Positions 10,273 to 22,535 of a stretch of DNA of 64,000 bases are shown piece after piece. The position numbers were made by a program, and so were the translations under genes. The notes beneath the pieces were generated by a model. The model ran no database searches and had not been told where the DNA came from. It worked only from the letters and a program-made list of their open reading frames with translations. The number at the start of each line of letters is the position of its first letter. Position 1 is the stretch's first letter. The stretch comes from Naegleria gruberi (taxonomy: Eukaryota), in assembly GCA_000004985.1 (NCBI GenBank), contig GG738918.1; one strand, given 5' to 3'.

Positions 10273-11241
10273 TTAAACTCTACTCGATAAATATTGTTGC
10301 AGCAAATCATAGCACACTAGAATTGCAGTTCCACTAGATCTGTGTAATAAACTTTGGGAAACAAATCCATTGAAAAGACCTCTGAATCCAGAATTACTGT
10401 ACAGTGATTTTAAACATGAGCGGGTAGTGATTGGCAGGTTAGATTGCTGAAGAGTGATCATTTCTCTCCTAGCATTAAGGAATGGGATTGAGAAGAAGGT
10501 AGAAATACAAGTTGCAGCCTGGGCCAGTAAAATCTTACTCAAAATTCCTAGTGAATTAGTTTCATCTTGGTAAGGATTAATAACTTTCAAGCTATCAAAT
10601 GTTCCGAATAGGAAAGCTCTGTAAATGATGGAGTGCATTGAAAACATTCCAAATCCATTAAATAATTTGAAAAATCCATTTGTTTTAAGAGCAAAATCCA
10701 TAGGACCTTTAAATTGACTCATCACTTGATGATTGCTCAAGTAGTGATGATATTTCAATTGAGCCATCTCCATAGGATGTAAAATACAATGTGAAACTGC
10801 ACCAGCCAAAGCTCCAGAGCTAAACTGAACACCCACAAACTTTAAATATTCGATTCGATTCGATTCATCCACAAATGGACTTGCAAACCTAACATTCACT
10901 CTATTCATCAACAATTCGCTAAAGCCATCCTTCAAACTTAAAGCCAAAGCCTGTGAAGGAGCAAACTTGAACAATATCGAGCCAAACATTTTAGCATTCA
11001 TCACACAAGTATTCCAATAATTTTGTCTTCCCAAAACGGATAAACATTGAATTGGTGTAGAAATCATCTTTCCCAAAACCGAAGCCGACGATCCAATCAC
11101 AAAATTCAATCCCATCTGCTCAATAACTTGTTGATCATCAGGAATTTGCCTTCCACTCTTAGAGGTTCGACCAAGTAGATCGTACGAATCATGAGATGGA
11201 TGAAGTAAGCTAAATAGCATTGAATTTTCTCTGTTATTCAT
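10273..11241 (-). CDS. Divergent mitochondrial-carrier-family-like membrane protein
   Basis: 322 aa. Three roughly repeated units with Gly-rich helices (FSSGALAGAVSHCILHPMEMAQLK; LAQAATCISTFFSIPFLNARREM) are each followed by degenerate Px[DE]xx[KR]-like segments. The C-terminus GFRGLFNGFVSQSLLHRSSGTAILVCYDLL is typical of this family. Confidence 0.4.
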   Translation of the reverse strand: MNNRENSMLFSLLHPSHDSYDLLGRTSKSGRQIPDDQQVIEQMGLNFVIGSSASVLGKMISTPIQCLSVLGRQNYWNTCVMNAKMFGSILFKFAPSQALALSLKDGFSELLMNRVNVRFASPFVDESNRIEYLKFVGVQFSSGALAGAVSHCILHPMEMAQLKYHHYLSNHQVMSQFKGPMDFALKTNGFFKLFNGFGMFSMHSIIYRAFLFGTFDSLKVINPYQDETNSLGILSKILLAQAATCISTFFSIPFLNARREMITLQQSNLPITTRSCLKSLYSNSGFRGLFNGFVSQSLLHRSSGTAILVCYDLLQQYLSSRV

Positions 11242-11630
11242 TTCAGTTATTGTTGTATGGCAAAGTGAACTTTCTCAAAGGCTTGATGTTGTTGATTGTT
11301 TTTTTCGTAGTTGAAAAAACGAGCAGAAATTTTATGGCGTTGTTTTAGAAATTGTCCAAAAATGGTCCAACATAAATTTTTCCAAGTTTGGGTACTTTCT
11401 AATACTCCTTTAATTTTAAGATGATTGGCGAATTTGTAATGGATTTTCACTATTGTAAAATTGTACAGTCATTTAGTTGTCAAACGCTAAATGTTACCGT
11501 TTCACAATTGTAATCTTTAATCTTTCACATCAAAAAAAATTCCATACAACACAAGCTTGGTGGCAGAAGTGACTCCGTAACTACCAATAAGTTAGCTCCT
11601 CACCTCCTCCAAACACTTCTTCAAACGCTT

Positions 11631-13247
11631 TCAACATGTCTTTTCTTGGTAAAATGGCAAAGTCCAAAAACTGGTAGACTTTGTGTGGGATTTTTGAATT
11701 TCTTCATCATTTCTAATGGATAAATCTATTAGTTTGAATGCTCTTGAATCATGACTCAAGGCCACCAAAGCAATCTCTTTGTCTCTTCTCCAGCTTGGAT
11801 CGACATACATGAAAGGACAGCCATTATTGAGAGCTTTGATAATAATTTCACGATCCATTTTCCAAGAATTTTGGACAAACTTGAGAGCTATGCCATTTTG
11901 TCTGACAGCTGTCAATACAACTTCTCTTTGGTCCTTGAATTTAGAGTAAATATATTGTAAAGACGTTCCATCAGTTTGTACAGCATCCATCACAATGTCC
12001 AAGGTCTGAATCAAACTGGATTGAATTGAATTTGGGTTCTGCCCTATAGCCATTTTAACAATCTCAATATTTTCCCTAATTGATGCTGAGAAATAGTGTA
12101 ATAGAAGGCCATTTCTTTGGACAACCTGTCGAGCAATATCAACATCATCGTTCAATGGATAATCAATGTTTCTCATTACATTGGGGTTAATTTCTATCAA
12201 TTGGAGAATGAAATCCTTGTCTGTTCTCAAACTCGAATCAGCATATACAATATTGGATGGAGATTGTTTCACAGCTTCAATGAAAACTGTTTTGTCCTTA
12301 AGAAAGTTTCGAGCATATTGCAAATTGGTTGGATCTATTTTCAGTGCTTCAAGTACCATTTCCTGACTGATGATATTTTGTGGAATGCTATTTAATTTGA
12401 AAAAGCCTTCCTTGACAACCATAAGAGCTAGATCTGGATTTGCTTGCATTTCTGAAGATAATTTTTTGTAATCCAAGGGCCTTTTCTTAATCCAATACTT
12501 TAAAAACTCAATATTACTAATCGCATAAAGAATTGAAGAATTATTCCTCACAGCAGCACAAAGAATTTCAAAATCATTCATGAATTTTCCATCTGCACAT
12601 GTCAGAGCCGTTGCATTATGTCTTACAACTTTTAAAACCACGTCTCTATCAGATTTGATCGAATCATCAAATGCCATAAGTGATCGTAAGACCTTTCCTA
12701 AAATACAGGCAATCTCCTTATCTTTCCTCAATCCATCTGAAAGACATGATGAAATGGCCGAAAGAATATAATCACGAGTACAATATTTAGTGGCCACTTG
12801 CTTAATCCACTCCTTATCTGAGAATAAGTTGTGCTTTTTAAAATGATTTTCAATATATCTCGTATGCAATTCAAAGTGATCATTGCAATATCTAAACACA
12901 TGAAGAGCAACTTGCTTCTCGAATTGAATTTCTGGAAGGAAACGAATAATCTTCCAATCCATCAGTGCCAAAGAGATGAGAAATTGTCGATCCCTTTTCA
13001 AATCAATCAATTGCTCTGAAAATACCAATTCTCGTAAGCATTCGGGATTTGTTTGTACCATCATACGAATTTCTACCTTCCTCCGATAGGAAATATCAGA
13101 GATTTTGCAAAAAAGCCTCTCGGATAGATAGTCAGCATCGAGAATACAACAACATCTCCCATTACCATTTGAAAAAGTATGGAATTTTTTCTTTAAATTT
13201 TGAAAGATCTCAAATTTTAATATTGTAAAATTATTATTTTCAATCAT
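11631..13247 (-). CDS. DUF4116-type repeat protein
   Basis: 538 aa of repeated roughly 35-aa modules of the form 'DREVVLTAVRQNGIALKFV...DREIIIKAL' and 'DKDFILQLIEINPNVMRNI'. The same repeat type occurs inside the kinase gene at 58066..61119. Confidence 0.55.
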   Translation of the reverse strand: MIENNNFTILKFEIFQNLKKKFHTFSNGNGRCCCILDADYLSERLFCKISDISYRRKVEIRMMVQTNPECLRELVFSEQLIDLKRDRQFLISLALMDWKIIRFLPEIQFEKQVALHVFRYCNDHFELHTRYIENHFKKHNLFSDKEWIKQVATKYCTRDYILSAISSCLSDGLRKDKEIACILGKVLRSLMAFDDSIKSDRDVVLKVVRHNATALTCADGKFMNDFEILCAAVRNNSSILYAISNIEFLKYWIKKRPLDYKKLSSEMQANPDLALMVVKEGFFKLNSIPQNIISQEMVLEALKIDPTNLQYARNFLKDKTVFIEAVKQSPSNIVYADSSLRTDKDFILQLIEINPNVMRNIDYPLNDDVDIARQVVQRNGLLLHYFSASIRENIEIVKMAIGQNPNSIQSSLIQTLDIVMDAVQTDGTSLQYIYSKFKDQREVVLTAVRQNGIALKFVQNSWKMDREIIIKALNNGCPFMYVDPSWRRDKEIALVALSHDSRAFKLIDLSIRNDEEIQKSHTKSTSFWTLPFYQEKTC

Positions 13248-13377
13248 TTCAGTAAACTGTAGAGAACAAGTTGTTGTACTCTTTGAAATTGATTGGAATT
13301 GTTTGTTACTAAGTAAATTTCAATCAAAAAGAAAGTTTTATTCTTTTTTCAATTTTAAAAAAAAATACAAAGTTGCA

Positions 13378-14436
13378 ATGATAAAGTTATTTTCCGATTT
13401 TCTGAATGATGCACAATTTCGTGATCGTGTGTTGAGGAAATTCTTCATGATCGCTGGTGGATTGTGGGTTTCCTATTCGACTCTGAGAAGATATTGTAAC
13501 GGTCCGATGGTTTCCGAAGCTTTGATTAAAGATAATACATCAATGAAGGGAAAAATTGTGCTGATTACTGGAGTGGCTAAGGGTGGAATTTCCTATGAGA
13601 CATGCAGAGTTTTATTATCTCTTGGAGCTGTTGTTGTGATGACTATGAGAAATGTGAAGAGTGGAGAAGAAACTAGAAGAGAATTAATTAAGGAGTCAAA
13701 ATGTTTGGAAGAACAAGCTCATGTTTTGAGTTTGGATTTGGCCGATTTGAGGAATGTGGAAAGATTTGTTGAGGTTTTCAAAACCAAGTTCAATTCAACA
13801 TGTCATGTTTTGATTAATAATGCAGGATTGTATAATCCACTTGCCAAATTGACTAGTGACAACATTGAATCTCATTTTGGAGTCAATCATCTTGGACATT
13901 TCTATTTGACTGAATTATTGATGGATGTTCTCGTTAAAAGCAAGACTAGAGTAATTGTAGTTTCGTCTAAACTTCATGAATATTACACACCAAGCGAAAA
14001 GCTATTCACAACGAAGGAAGAATTCTATCAAAACGATGGATCTAAATCAAAGAATGATTTATATTCTCGCTCCAAATTTGCCAATATTCTGTATTGTAAG
14101 AAATTGGATAGAATTTTCCAAGAGAAGGATACATCCAATGATAGAGCTTGCTGTGTGAGTTTGCATCCTGGGTTAGTAACTACTAGCATTGCAACTCATG
14201 GGAGTTTTAGAACTATCTTGTTGTATAAATTCTTAGCATTAATCAGTAAGGATAAGGTACACGGAGCTCAAACTTCCATTCATTGTGCCTTGATTGATAG
14301 GAGCGAAATTAAGGGAGGGGAATACTTTAAAGATTGTGCCATTTCAAAGAGTAATCCGCTTACCAACGATCACCAAATGCAAGATGATTTGTGGGAGTTG
14401 AGCTTGGAATTAATTTCACTCTGCATTAAAAAGTAA
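13378..14436 (+). CDS. Short-chain dehydrogenase/reductase (retinol-dehydrogenase-like), membrane-anchored
   Basis: The N-terminal hydrophobic anchor is MIKLFSDF...FFMIAGGLWV. Rossmann motif KIVLITGVAKGGIS, NNAGL, and the catalytic YSRSK (YxxxK) are present. The track start at 13303 is a TTG codon. The first ATG is at 13378. Confidence 0.75.
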   Translation: MIKLFSDFLNDAQFRDRVLRKFFMIAGGLWVSYSTLRRYCNGPMVSEALIKDNTSMKGKIVLITGVAKGGISYETCRVLLSLGAVVVMTMRNVKSGEETRRELIKESKCLEEQAHVLSLDLADLRNVERFVEVFKTKFNSTCHVLINNAGLYNPLAKLTSDNIESHFGVNHLGHFYLTELLMDVLVKSKTRVIVVSSKLHEYYTPSEKLFTTKEEFYQNDGSKSKNDLYSRSKFANILYCKKLDRIFQEKDTSNDRACCVSLHPGLVTTSIATHGSFRTILLYKFLALISKDKVHGAQTSIHCALIDRSEIKGGEYFKDCAISKSNPLTNDHQMQDDLWELSLELISLCIKK

Positions 14437-14689
14437 TGTGGCACACGCAACAGTTTATTTGTCTATTGTAAATTATTACCCTTCTTGTCCTATATATTAC
14501 CCAACTCCAAAGCGCCAATTTCTCATACCACCTGTCATCCTTCCTTAATCAGCTCATTTCAGCTCCCGTAACTACCTACAACTCCTTCAAAACATGTTGA
14601 AAACCTTTAGGAGTTTGCAATCTACTCCGTTCACCATAAATTCACGTTGAGAAAATTTGTGAATTGAAAAAAAAACAAAAAATTAAAAG

Positions 14690-16147
14690 ATGAAAGTCTC
14701 ATTGTTACTTGTTGCTGTCATCTTTGCCATGATGATGATGGCCATGAACATTCATGCCGAAAAGACCTTTGAAATTCCTTTGAGAAAGAGAGCCTACGAT
14801 GATGCTCGTGCTGCCTCTGTCAAACTCTCCAAGATGAGAAGCATTCAAACACAAAACAAACTTCGTTCCTTGTTGTACTCTGCCACACGATTGGCCACCA
14901 CAAAGCCATCCCTCAAGGTTGGTGCCACTCCAATTGTTCCATTGAAGGACTATGATGATGTCGAATATTATGGAGAAATTACCATTGGTACTCCTGCTCA
15001 AACTTTCAAAGTTGTTTTTGATACTGGAAGCTCCAACTTGTGGGTTCCTAGTGTTGCCTGTAAGGATTTGAGTTGTGTTAGACATGCTAGATATAATCAT
15101 ACCAAGTCTTCTACCTATGTTCCAAATGGACAATCATTCAATATTACTTATGGTACTGGTGCTGTTAAGGGTGTAAGTTTTTTTGAATTGGATGATGAAT
15201 TTATTAATTATTATTATTATAATTATTATTATTGAAAATTAATTATATTGAAATGCATAATGTTTAAATTAATTTATATAATATTGTATACAATATATTC
15301 GGAATATTAGATTTTGTCAAGTGATACCGTTGTTGTTGGTGGATTGGCTATTAAGGGTCAAGTTTTTGGTGAAACTACCAATGAATATACTGATACTTTC
15401 TTGAATGCCAAGATTGATGGTATTTGTGGATTTGTAAGTATTTAATCTTTCTTTTATCCTTAATATTAATCTAATAATATTAATATTAATATTCTAATTA
15501 ATTAATTCAACAATTTATTATCGGAATAATTTAAATAGGCTTTCCCAAATATTGCTGTTGATGGTGTTACTCCAGTTTTCAACAACTTGATGAAGCAACG
15601 TCTCGTTGATAAGAACATTTTCTCCTTCTACATGTCTAAGAAGGCTGGAAGTGGTGCTTCTGCAATGATTTTGGGTGGAATCAATTCTAAATATTATACT
15701 GGTTCTTTTAGCTATGTTCCATTGATTCAACATAATTATTGGAGTATTGCTTTGGATGATATTGCAATGAATGGACAAGGACAAAGTTTGTGTGGATTTG
15801 GATGTATGGCCATTGTTGATACTGGTACTAGTTTGATTGCTGGAACACCAGATGTTATGCAACCAATTATTAATCAACTTAATGTTGCTGAAGATTGTTC
15901 TAATATTGATTCTAATCCAAATGTTTCATTTGTCATTGGTGGAAAGCAATATCTTTTGACTCCAAGAGACTATGTCATTAAGATTACCTCTCAAGGACAA
16001 ACTCAATGTTTCCCAGGTTTCCAAACTATGGATATGGGTACTAATGGATTCGTCATCCTTGGTGATGTTTTCATCTCCACTTATTACACTGTCTTTGATT
16101 ATGAAGGTTCTAGAGTTGGATTTGCCAAGTCAAATCAAAACCTTTAA
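14690..16147 (+). CDS. Cathepsin-D-like aspartic protease (pepsin family A1), secreted
   Basis: Three exons, about 14690..15172, 15311..15433 and 15539..16147, with GTAAGT donors. There is a signal peptide. Both catalytic motifs are present: [14 protein letters not shown] and [12 protein letters not shown]. The introns are AT-rich and contain ATT/AAT repeats. Confidence 0.85.
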
Positions 16148-16197
16148 ATTAAAAGATTAATATTTCACAATAATTTCGTATTCATTATTAGAATCTT

Positions 16198-18369
16198 CTA
16201 CTTTCTCTGTTGACAATATCTGAACCAAGTGTCATTTATGACCATATCTCGCACAAAGGTTTCCAATTTATCCAAGGCATCGTATCTTCCCAAACCATTC
16301 TCAATTTCCACTTTTGATTGTTGCAAAACTTGTCCTGAAATATTTAAATGATTATCTCCACTAGGATCAATGAATTGTTTGAGAACTTGCTGTTGTTTCT
16401 CGACACGATCTTGTGCATTGGGAATTCTTCTGTACTGCTCAACAGTTTCCAAGAAGAGAAAGTTTTCCACTGATCTTTCCTTTTCGCACTGCTTTTTAAA
16501 TTCCTGTCTCAGTTGAGTATTGTTGAACATTTTATCAAATTCCATGATGAGCTTGATAGATTCGAGAAGTTGTTGATTTTGTTGTTTCTTTTCTTTCAAT
16601 TTCTTTTCCTCACTCAAATCTTTACATACGAGAAGATAGGTATCTCGTAAAGATTCACATTCTGACTTTTCACTGTTTGGAAATTGAATTAATTTGGCAG
16701 AAATCTTGACTGGTATCTTTTCACTTGTTGGTTTGGTGAGATGTGTTTCCCATGAGTCTCTTGAGGATTGTACCAATTGATTAATCTTGGATAATAGCTC
16801 AGATTCTTGTGAAAATTCCTTCAAATATCTAGAAATGGAACCAAGATCTTTTTGGGAATATCTGGTTTTGTTAAAAAAGGCAGTGTTGGCCATTGTTACA
16901 TTTGCTGTTTTTCTATCCACTGCCAATACCATATCTGAAATACTGTTCAGTAGAATTCTTGTTTTTTGCTCTTCCAAAGATGCCTTTTCCAGCAATTGTT
17001 CTAACAAGTTTCCTCTCTTGGCTATTTGTTCACTCGAAGCAGCCACCACTCTCAACATGGTATTAATTCTCTGAGTGAGTGTTGAAATTTCTGTAATCCC
17101 CTTCACTGGAATTGTAGAATCTGCCAAATTTTCAGTATTTTTCATAATTTTCCTCAAATGGTAACCTAAATTCACAAGTGGAGTCACAACAATTACTTCA
17201 TTCAAGACGAAAATAATCAGTGATGACAAAATAACAACCAAACAAGTAAATCCATACGACCAACCAAAACTCTGAAGTCCCAATTCTCTTACAGAACGAG
17301 AGAAATCAGTTCTCAATACGAAAGAAGGTTGTCCATAAATATCCTGATAGGTTTGATAAGTAATAATTCGTTCTCCTGTGGAGGATGAATCATTTCCAAA
17401 GCAAATTCTTTGATTCTTTGCACTTTCGGCTACATTTCCCATTCGAATAAGTGTTGGGTCTGTATTTTTCCATTCACTAATGATGCTGCTTGAATTAGGA
17501 TAAATGTATGGCTTGGATTTGATTTGGTTCCACACAGCAGTGAATTCTGAATCCAATTCCTTACCAGATTGCAAATTATACATTGTAATACACACTTGAG
17601 CTCTATTCGAAACCTGACTAACATAAACTGAGCGAATATACCGAGCCCACATCATAATTCCAGGTGTATCCGTAAATCCACAACCACTACACTGCACAGG
17701 AGCTGCCATTACCAAAAACAAAGTTCCATCTTTCAATGTCCAATATCCAATATTCATAGTCGAAAGTATCTGAATGTTTTCCATTAGAAAGGAGGGTAAT
17801 TGATACATTTCTGTTGGCATTGGAACAGCCATTCTACTTTCAAAATCATATCCCACTTTTCCTGCAACGGTTCCATTCAGAAAATAGTATCCAATAAAGT
17901 TGGCACCTGTTAATTCTTCAACGTGGTCTATATTTCCATACGAAACGTTTAGTCTCTTGTTCATTTGGTCTACAGAATAAGTTTTCATGAGGTAATATGA
18001 AGAATCCTATCAATTTTCAGAAAGTAGACATTCCATAGAATAATTACATTTCATCACCATGCGAAATATTCCATTAAATATTTTTAAATATTAACAATTT
18101 ACAATATTAAATATTTACAAAATATTATATAACATCAAAATACTTACCCAATTAGAATAAGTCAACAGAATATCCATCTGATTCTTGAAATCATCCATAA
18201 TAGCCCTCGTCACTCTTGTAGTAGTTTCCGATATATCACTTCTCTCAGCATATTCGAAACTCGAAAGCAAAACTCCCAACAAAACAGCCATAAACAATGT
18301 CATTACCACCAGAAACAAAACAGCCAACACGATAACATTCTTAACTCTCAAACTGCAAACATCTTTCAT
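16198..18369 (-). CDS. Receptor-like RGS protein, paralog 1. Domain order: N-terminal TM, extracellular sensor domain, second TM, coiled coil, PAS, then a C-terminal RGS domain
   Basis: Two exons, about 18148..18369 and 16198..18006. The intron lies after ...LLTYSNW, with donor RC acttac at 18142-18147. TM helices are VIVLAVLFLVVMTLFMAVLLGVLL and LVVILSSLIIFVLNEVIVV. A PAS-like segment reads LNSISDMVLAVDRKTANVTMANTAFFNKTRYSQKDL. The RGS domain contains ENFLFLETVEQYRRI. Confidence 0.65.
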
Positions 18370-18759
18370 TTTTTTCTTCTTATTTCAAACAACTGTCAAA
18401 CTGTCAACAACTTAATACTCTAAAAAAGAGCTATTTTGACAGAGAGAAGATGTGATTGAGGGAACTTTTGTATCAATGCCTTCTGTATATAAAAATTGGT
18501 ATCCAGTAAGGTCAGCACTTAGCTAATTGAGAAACTCGTGTTCATTTTCAATTTCTTATTCGAAAGTGACATTTGTTAACTTCGATGGATTGTGTTAGAC
18601 TTGCCGCATTACTTTGAATACTTTCCTACTAGGTGCTGGAAAGGTCTTTTGTTGTTGTAACCAGTTCGATAATAAAGCAGCCATTCCTGTCATCAACTGC
18701 CTAAAATGTCAGATGCCATGAAATTGAGAATCCTGCTTGTTGATATATAGCAAGAAAAA

Positions 18760-21023
18760 ATGTCAACAGATGTAGAGTTGCAAACAGCAGATAGTGAAAA
18801 GAATCTGGTGGGTGATTCGTTTGAAAATAAAGACTATTCGAAACAACAACATGTTCACGAGGGAAATGAAATTGTGATGACCAATGTTTTGGAGGAAACT
18901 ACTTCGAGTGGTGGAATGGTTGACCTCACCGATCAACAATTACCCAAATTCGAAGAGCTGGAATCGACATCTATCAGCGATCGAGGTTCTTTCGTCAACA
19001 TTCGAACAATTTCCTATTCGATTCAAATCGTTACCAATTTCATCATGTTACTCATCGTGGCAGGAATTCTCTTCTCGATATTCTTTACTGGTTTCCAACA
19101 ATTGGAAGAGCACGTAACGACTGAGGCCAATTTACGAATCCAACGAGCAATTTATGATGATTTTAAAAATGCTCTTGCCTTGTTGGCTTCGTTTGGAAAT
19201 TGGGTAAGTTTCGTTGATGAAATATTCGAAAGTTAATTGGAGAATAGTTGGATTTTTATAATGTGATGGATGCTGCGTATAGTGATGGATATAAAACCTT
19301 CTTGGATTGGGTGGATATTAATTATCCGTATGGAATGAGTAAGTAGTTTCGAATATGTTGGGTTGACTAGATTATTTTAATAGTGAGAGATGCAATTAAA
19401 TCGAATTTTGCATTAATTTACTTTAAGAATGGAACACTGGCTGCTGCAAAAGGCTTCAATCTAGAAACAGGAGATATTCTAGAGACTCCTGCTGAGCTAG
19501 CCAACTTGGGTTCTGACAATCCACTGAGAAAGGATATGGACAAAAGCACAACCAGAGTAAATGGATACCTCCTTACTTCCAAATATGGTGCTCTCCTCGT
19601 TTCTGCCTATCCAATCCACTTCAGCCCTCTAAAAAACAATCCACCAAATGGAATTCTCATTTTTGCAAGAATTCAAACTGAACAAGTGACCTCTTCCATT
19701 GCATCCAGAGCTCAAATGTGCATCACCCAATTCAGTGTCAATGATGCAGCACTCGATTCAGTTAGAAAACGTATGAAACTCGATAAACCAACTATCATTA
19801 ATGGATACGACATGAATTGGGAGAATAATCAAGCTTTTGCCTATGAAGAAATTGATTTGAGATATTTGAGTGGAAGAGTTTGTGATTCTGTGAGTGTTGG
19901 ATTGGAAGCAAAGGGTAGAGTAGCAACATTTCAATTGTATGCAGATATTTATGGAAATCCTGCTGTGGTTTTGAGAGCTGACACTGAAAGATTTATTCTA
20001 AATTTGGGAATTAATGCTTTTGTGATTGCTGTTTGTTTGTTGCTTGCGATTATGATTATTCTTGGCATTGCTGTCATTTTATTTACTGAAGTTGGTATTA
20101 TTAGAGGAATTTTACAATTGACTGATCGTGTCACTAAGATTTATGAAACAAGTGACATTTCTAATAGAGTTTCTATGAAAGGAAATGATGAGATTGCAAA
20201 AATTGGTTCCAATGTAGATCAAATCTTGACAATTATCGAAAATTCTCAAGTTCAATTGAAGCAGAAACAAGACGAAATGAGACAACTCTTGCAAAGAATT
20301 TCATTAGAAGAATACAAGACAAAATCAATCATGAATAGCTTACCAAATTCTGTAATCATGGTCGATAAGACAAATGGTGAAGTGGTTGGTTCAAATGAAC
20401 CATTCTATGAATGCACAGGATACTCTGAAAGTATGATCAAAGTTGGAAACTTGTCAGTTGCCAAATTATTCAACAAGCCAAGCACAGATCAATTAATGGA
20501 TGAATTTAAAGAATTGACCTTGAATTCAGGATCGAAAGCAATGAGTATGAGCACAGTTAATGGAATGATTATTCCAGTAATTATCTCAGTACAAGATGCC
20601 AAATTCTATAAAAGGAATAAGGTAGTATCTGCTTTTGTAATTTCCATTCAAGATAAGAGAAAAGATTTGGAATTGGTTAAGGAGGTTGAATTGGATGAGG
20701 AGAAAGTTAGAGAAATTCAACTCTTAATTGAATTTGAGAGAATGATTAAGAATCCAGATAGTCGAGACGAATTTATACGAAAGTGCAATGAAAATGGAAA
20801 GAGATTAACAATGCTATTTGTAGAAGTTAAGAATTTGATGGCAGGACTCAATTCTACCAATTTCCAATATGTATGGGAAAGTTATTGTCAAGTTGAAGAA
20901 TCAATTTCTAATTTCCCAGAGTTTAAATCAGCAAAATTGGAAAAGGATCTTTCTAATCAATTAAATTTGATGGAAATGAATTTGAAGAGTGCCATTATTC
21001 GAAACTATTATAATAATAAATAG
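18760..21023 (+). CDS. Receptor-like RGS protein, paralog 2, with the same sensor-TM-PAS architecture and a more divergent RGS-like C-terminus
   Basis: Three exons, about 18760..19203, 19248..19338 and 19384..21023, with GTAAGT donors. TM helices are IMLLIVAGILFSIFFTG and FVIAVCLLLAIMIILGIAVILF. A PAS-like segment reads IMNSLPNSVIMVDKTNGEVVGSNEPFYECTGYSESM. It aligns with paralog 1, e.g. YADIYGNPAVVLRADTERF versus YQDIYGQPSFVLRTDFSRS. Confidence 0.6.
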
Positions 21024-21273
21024 TCTTAATTCTTAGAAGAGATGAATAGTCTTGCATAAATGCATGAAAATATTCCGAATATTCTTTCTTATTTAGTGTG
21101 TGAAGATAGAGATGAATAAAAAGATACTCCAATTAATAGAAAAATCAAATGTGTATTAAGTCCGCCAATTAATATAATATATTTACAAACAGGAAGTATT
21201 AGTAAATATGAACACACACGCCTTGTATGTTCAGCAACACCTTGTGAGAGTGTTAAAAAGTGTGTGAAAAAGA

Positions 21274-22071
21274 TTACTTGTTAATTCCGAAAATTCTCCT
21301 CTTGTGGAAACTTGGCAATTTAGCCAAGACAACAACAACGGTAGCTACCACATTGACAAAGAGCAAGAGCATATTATCTCCGACAAAGTAGGAAGTGAGC
21401 AATAACAACACACAAGGCACAACAAACATGAATTTACGTGTTGGTGTGAATTGTTTTTGATCATCCAATTGTTCCCACAATGTTAATCTACTGTGGTCAT
21501 TGTAGCCCATCGAGTAATCATATGGAGAACCCTTCTTCCAATGGAAAAGAACAAAAGTAATCAAAGAGTGAAGAAGATTCAAAATAGTCCAAGTGTATAC
21601 TTTTCTTGTAGTATCTAATTTATATATTATTAATAATAGTAGATTGTTAATATATGTAAGAGGAAATGATGAAGGAATATAAAGATGATGAGTTAAATAG
21701 ATTTAAAAAGTAATAGTTGATTAATATGATTAGATATCAAATAATGATGAATAAAACAAACCTTGCAAGTCTCCGAAGGCTTTTCCATATAATACAAGAG
21801 CAAAGTGAATTGCCCAATAAGCCAAAGCTATAACCAATCCATAAACAACCCAAGCAACAGTTGCTCCAAAAGGTTGAACATTAAAGTTTGTACTCACAAT
21901 CTCTCCTTCATTTGTAGCAGATATAGTCAAAAAGGATTGTGATTCGGAACGAGTCATTTGTGATTTAAAAAGTGAAGGAGAATGAGTAGGTGAAGTTCCA
22001 GCAGGGACATCAAGATTCGATGATGACGAATTGTTGGAAGGACTTGTATTAACAGTTAAATTCTTTCTCAT
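21274..22071 (-). CDS. ORMDL-family protein (ORM1-like regulator of serine palmitoyltransferase), with a Ser-rich N-terminal extension
   Basis: Two exons, roughly 21661..22071 and 21274..21599, with a GTTTGT donor. Exon 2 reads ...YTWTILNLLHSLITFVLFHWKKGSPYDYSMGYNDHSRLTLWEQLDDQKQFTPTRKF...LAKLPSFHKRRIFGINK. This matches the ORMDL consensus WTLTNLIHN...HTVKGTPF...THWEQ...PKLPQLHGVRIFGINK. The exact junction is uncertain by 1-2 nt. Confidence 0.75.
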
Positions 22072-22535
22072 CTTGTTGGTGTGAAAATGTGTAGTATTAG
22101 TGAATTGATGAAGAAAAAATCGTTTCGATGTTTTTTTTGTATTTTTTTTTGTTTGTTGATGGAAAATTTTATTAATAGAGGTTGTTATTGTAAAATGTTA
22201 GTATGTTTAAGGAGTTGATGATTGGTGTGAGGAGGGGAGATTTTCACAGAGTGTGGAGAAGACAATGGGGAGAGGACATGGATGGTTCTAGGTGGATTGT
22301 CGTGATTTCCGAAATTTTCATTGTAGAATGGACAGAAAAAAGTGCACGATTGTAATTGTGATATTTCTCCGTTTCCTTAATAAAGATTTGAGCAGGCACT
22401 TGCTTCGGCTCTGTTGCGATAAAGCTGCAGCACAATTTCTGGTTGTTGCTCTATTCTTGTTGATTAATCCAGTGAACGAATAGGAAGATTTTGTATTCAC
22501 ACTGAAGTGCACATTAGTTTAATTGCTTTCGAGCA

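Noticed and set aside
15181-15500. ATT/AAT/TAATATTAATATT microsatellite-like runs.
   Set aside because: They lie inside the two introns of the cathepsin-D-like gene. This is ordinary AT-rich intronic simple sequence, not a repeat element of interest.
21661-21790. One-base disagreement between my base-by-base reading and the ORF-track frame/coordinates at the 3' end of ORMDL exon 1 (a T-run at about 21780), and similarly at 25204/25560 in ACG-like exon 2.
   Set aside because: Probably my mis-count of a homopolymer run across a line break rather than a real frameshift. Both genes splice away before the affected stop codons, so gene calls are unaffected. Junction coordinates are given with ±1-2 nt uncertainty.
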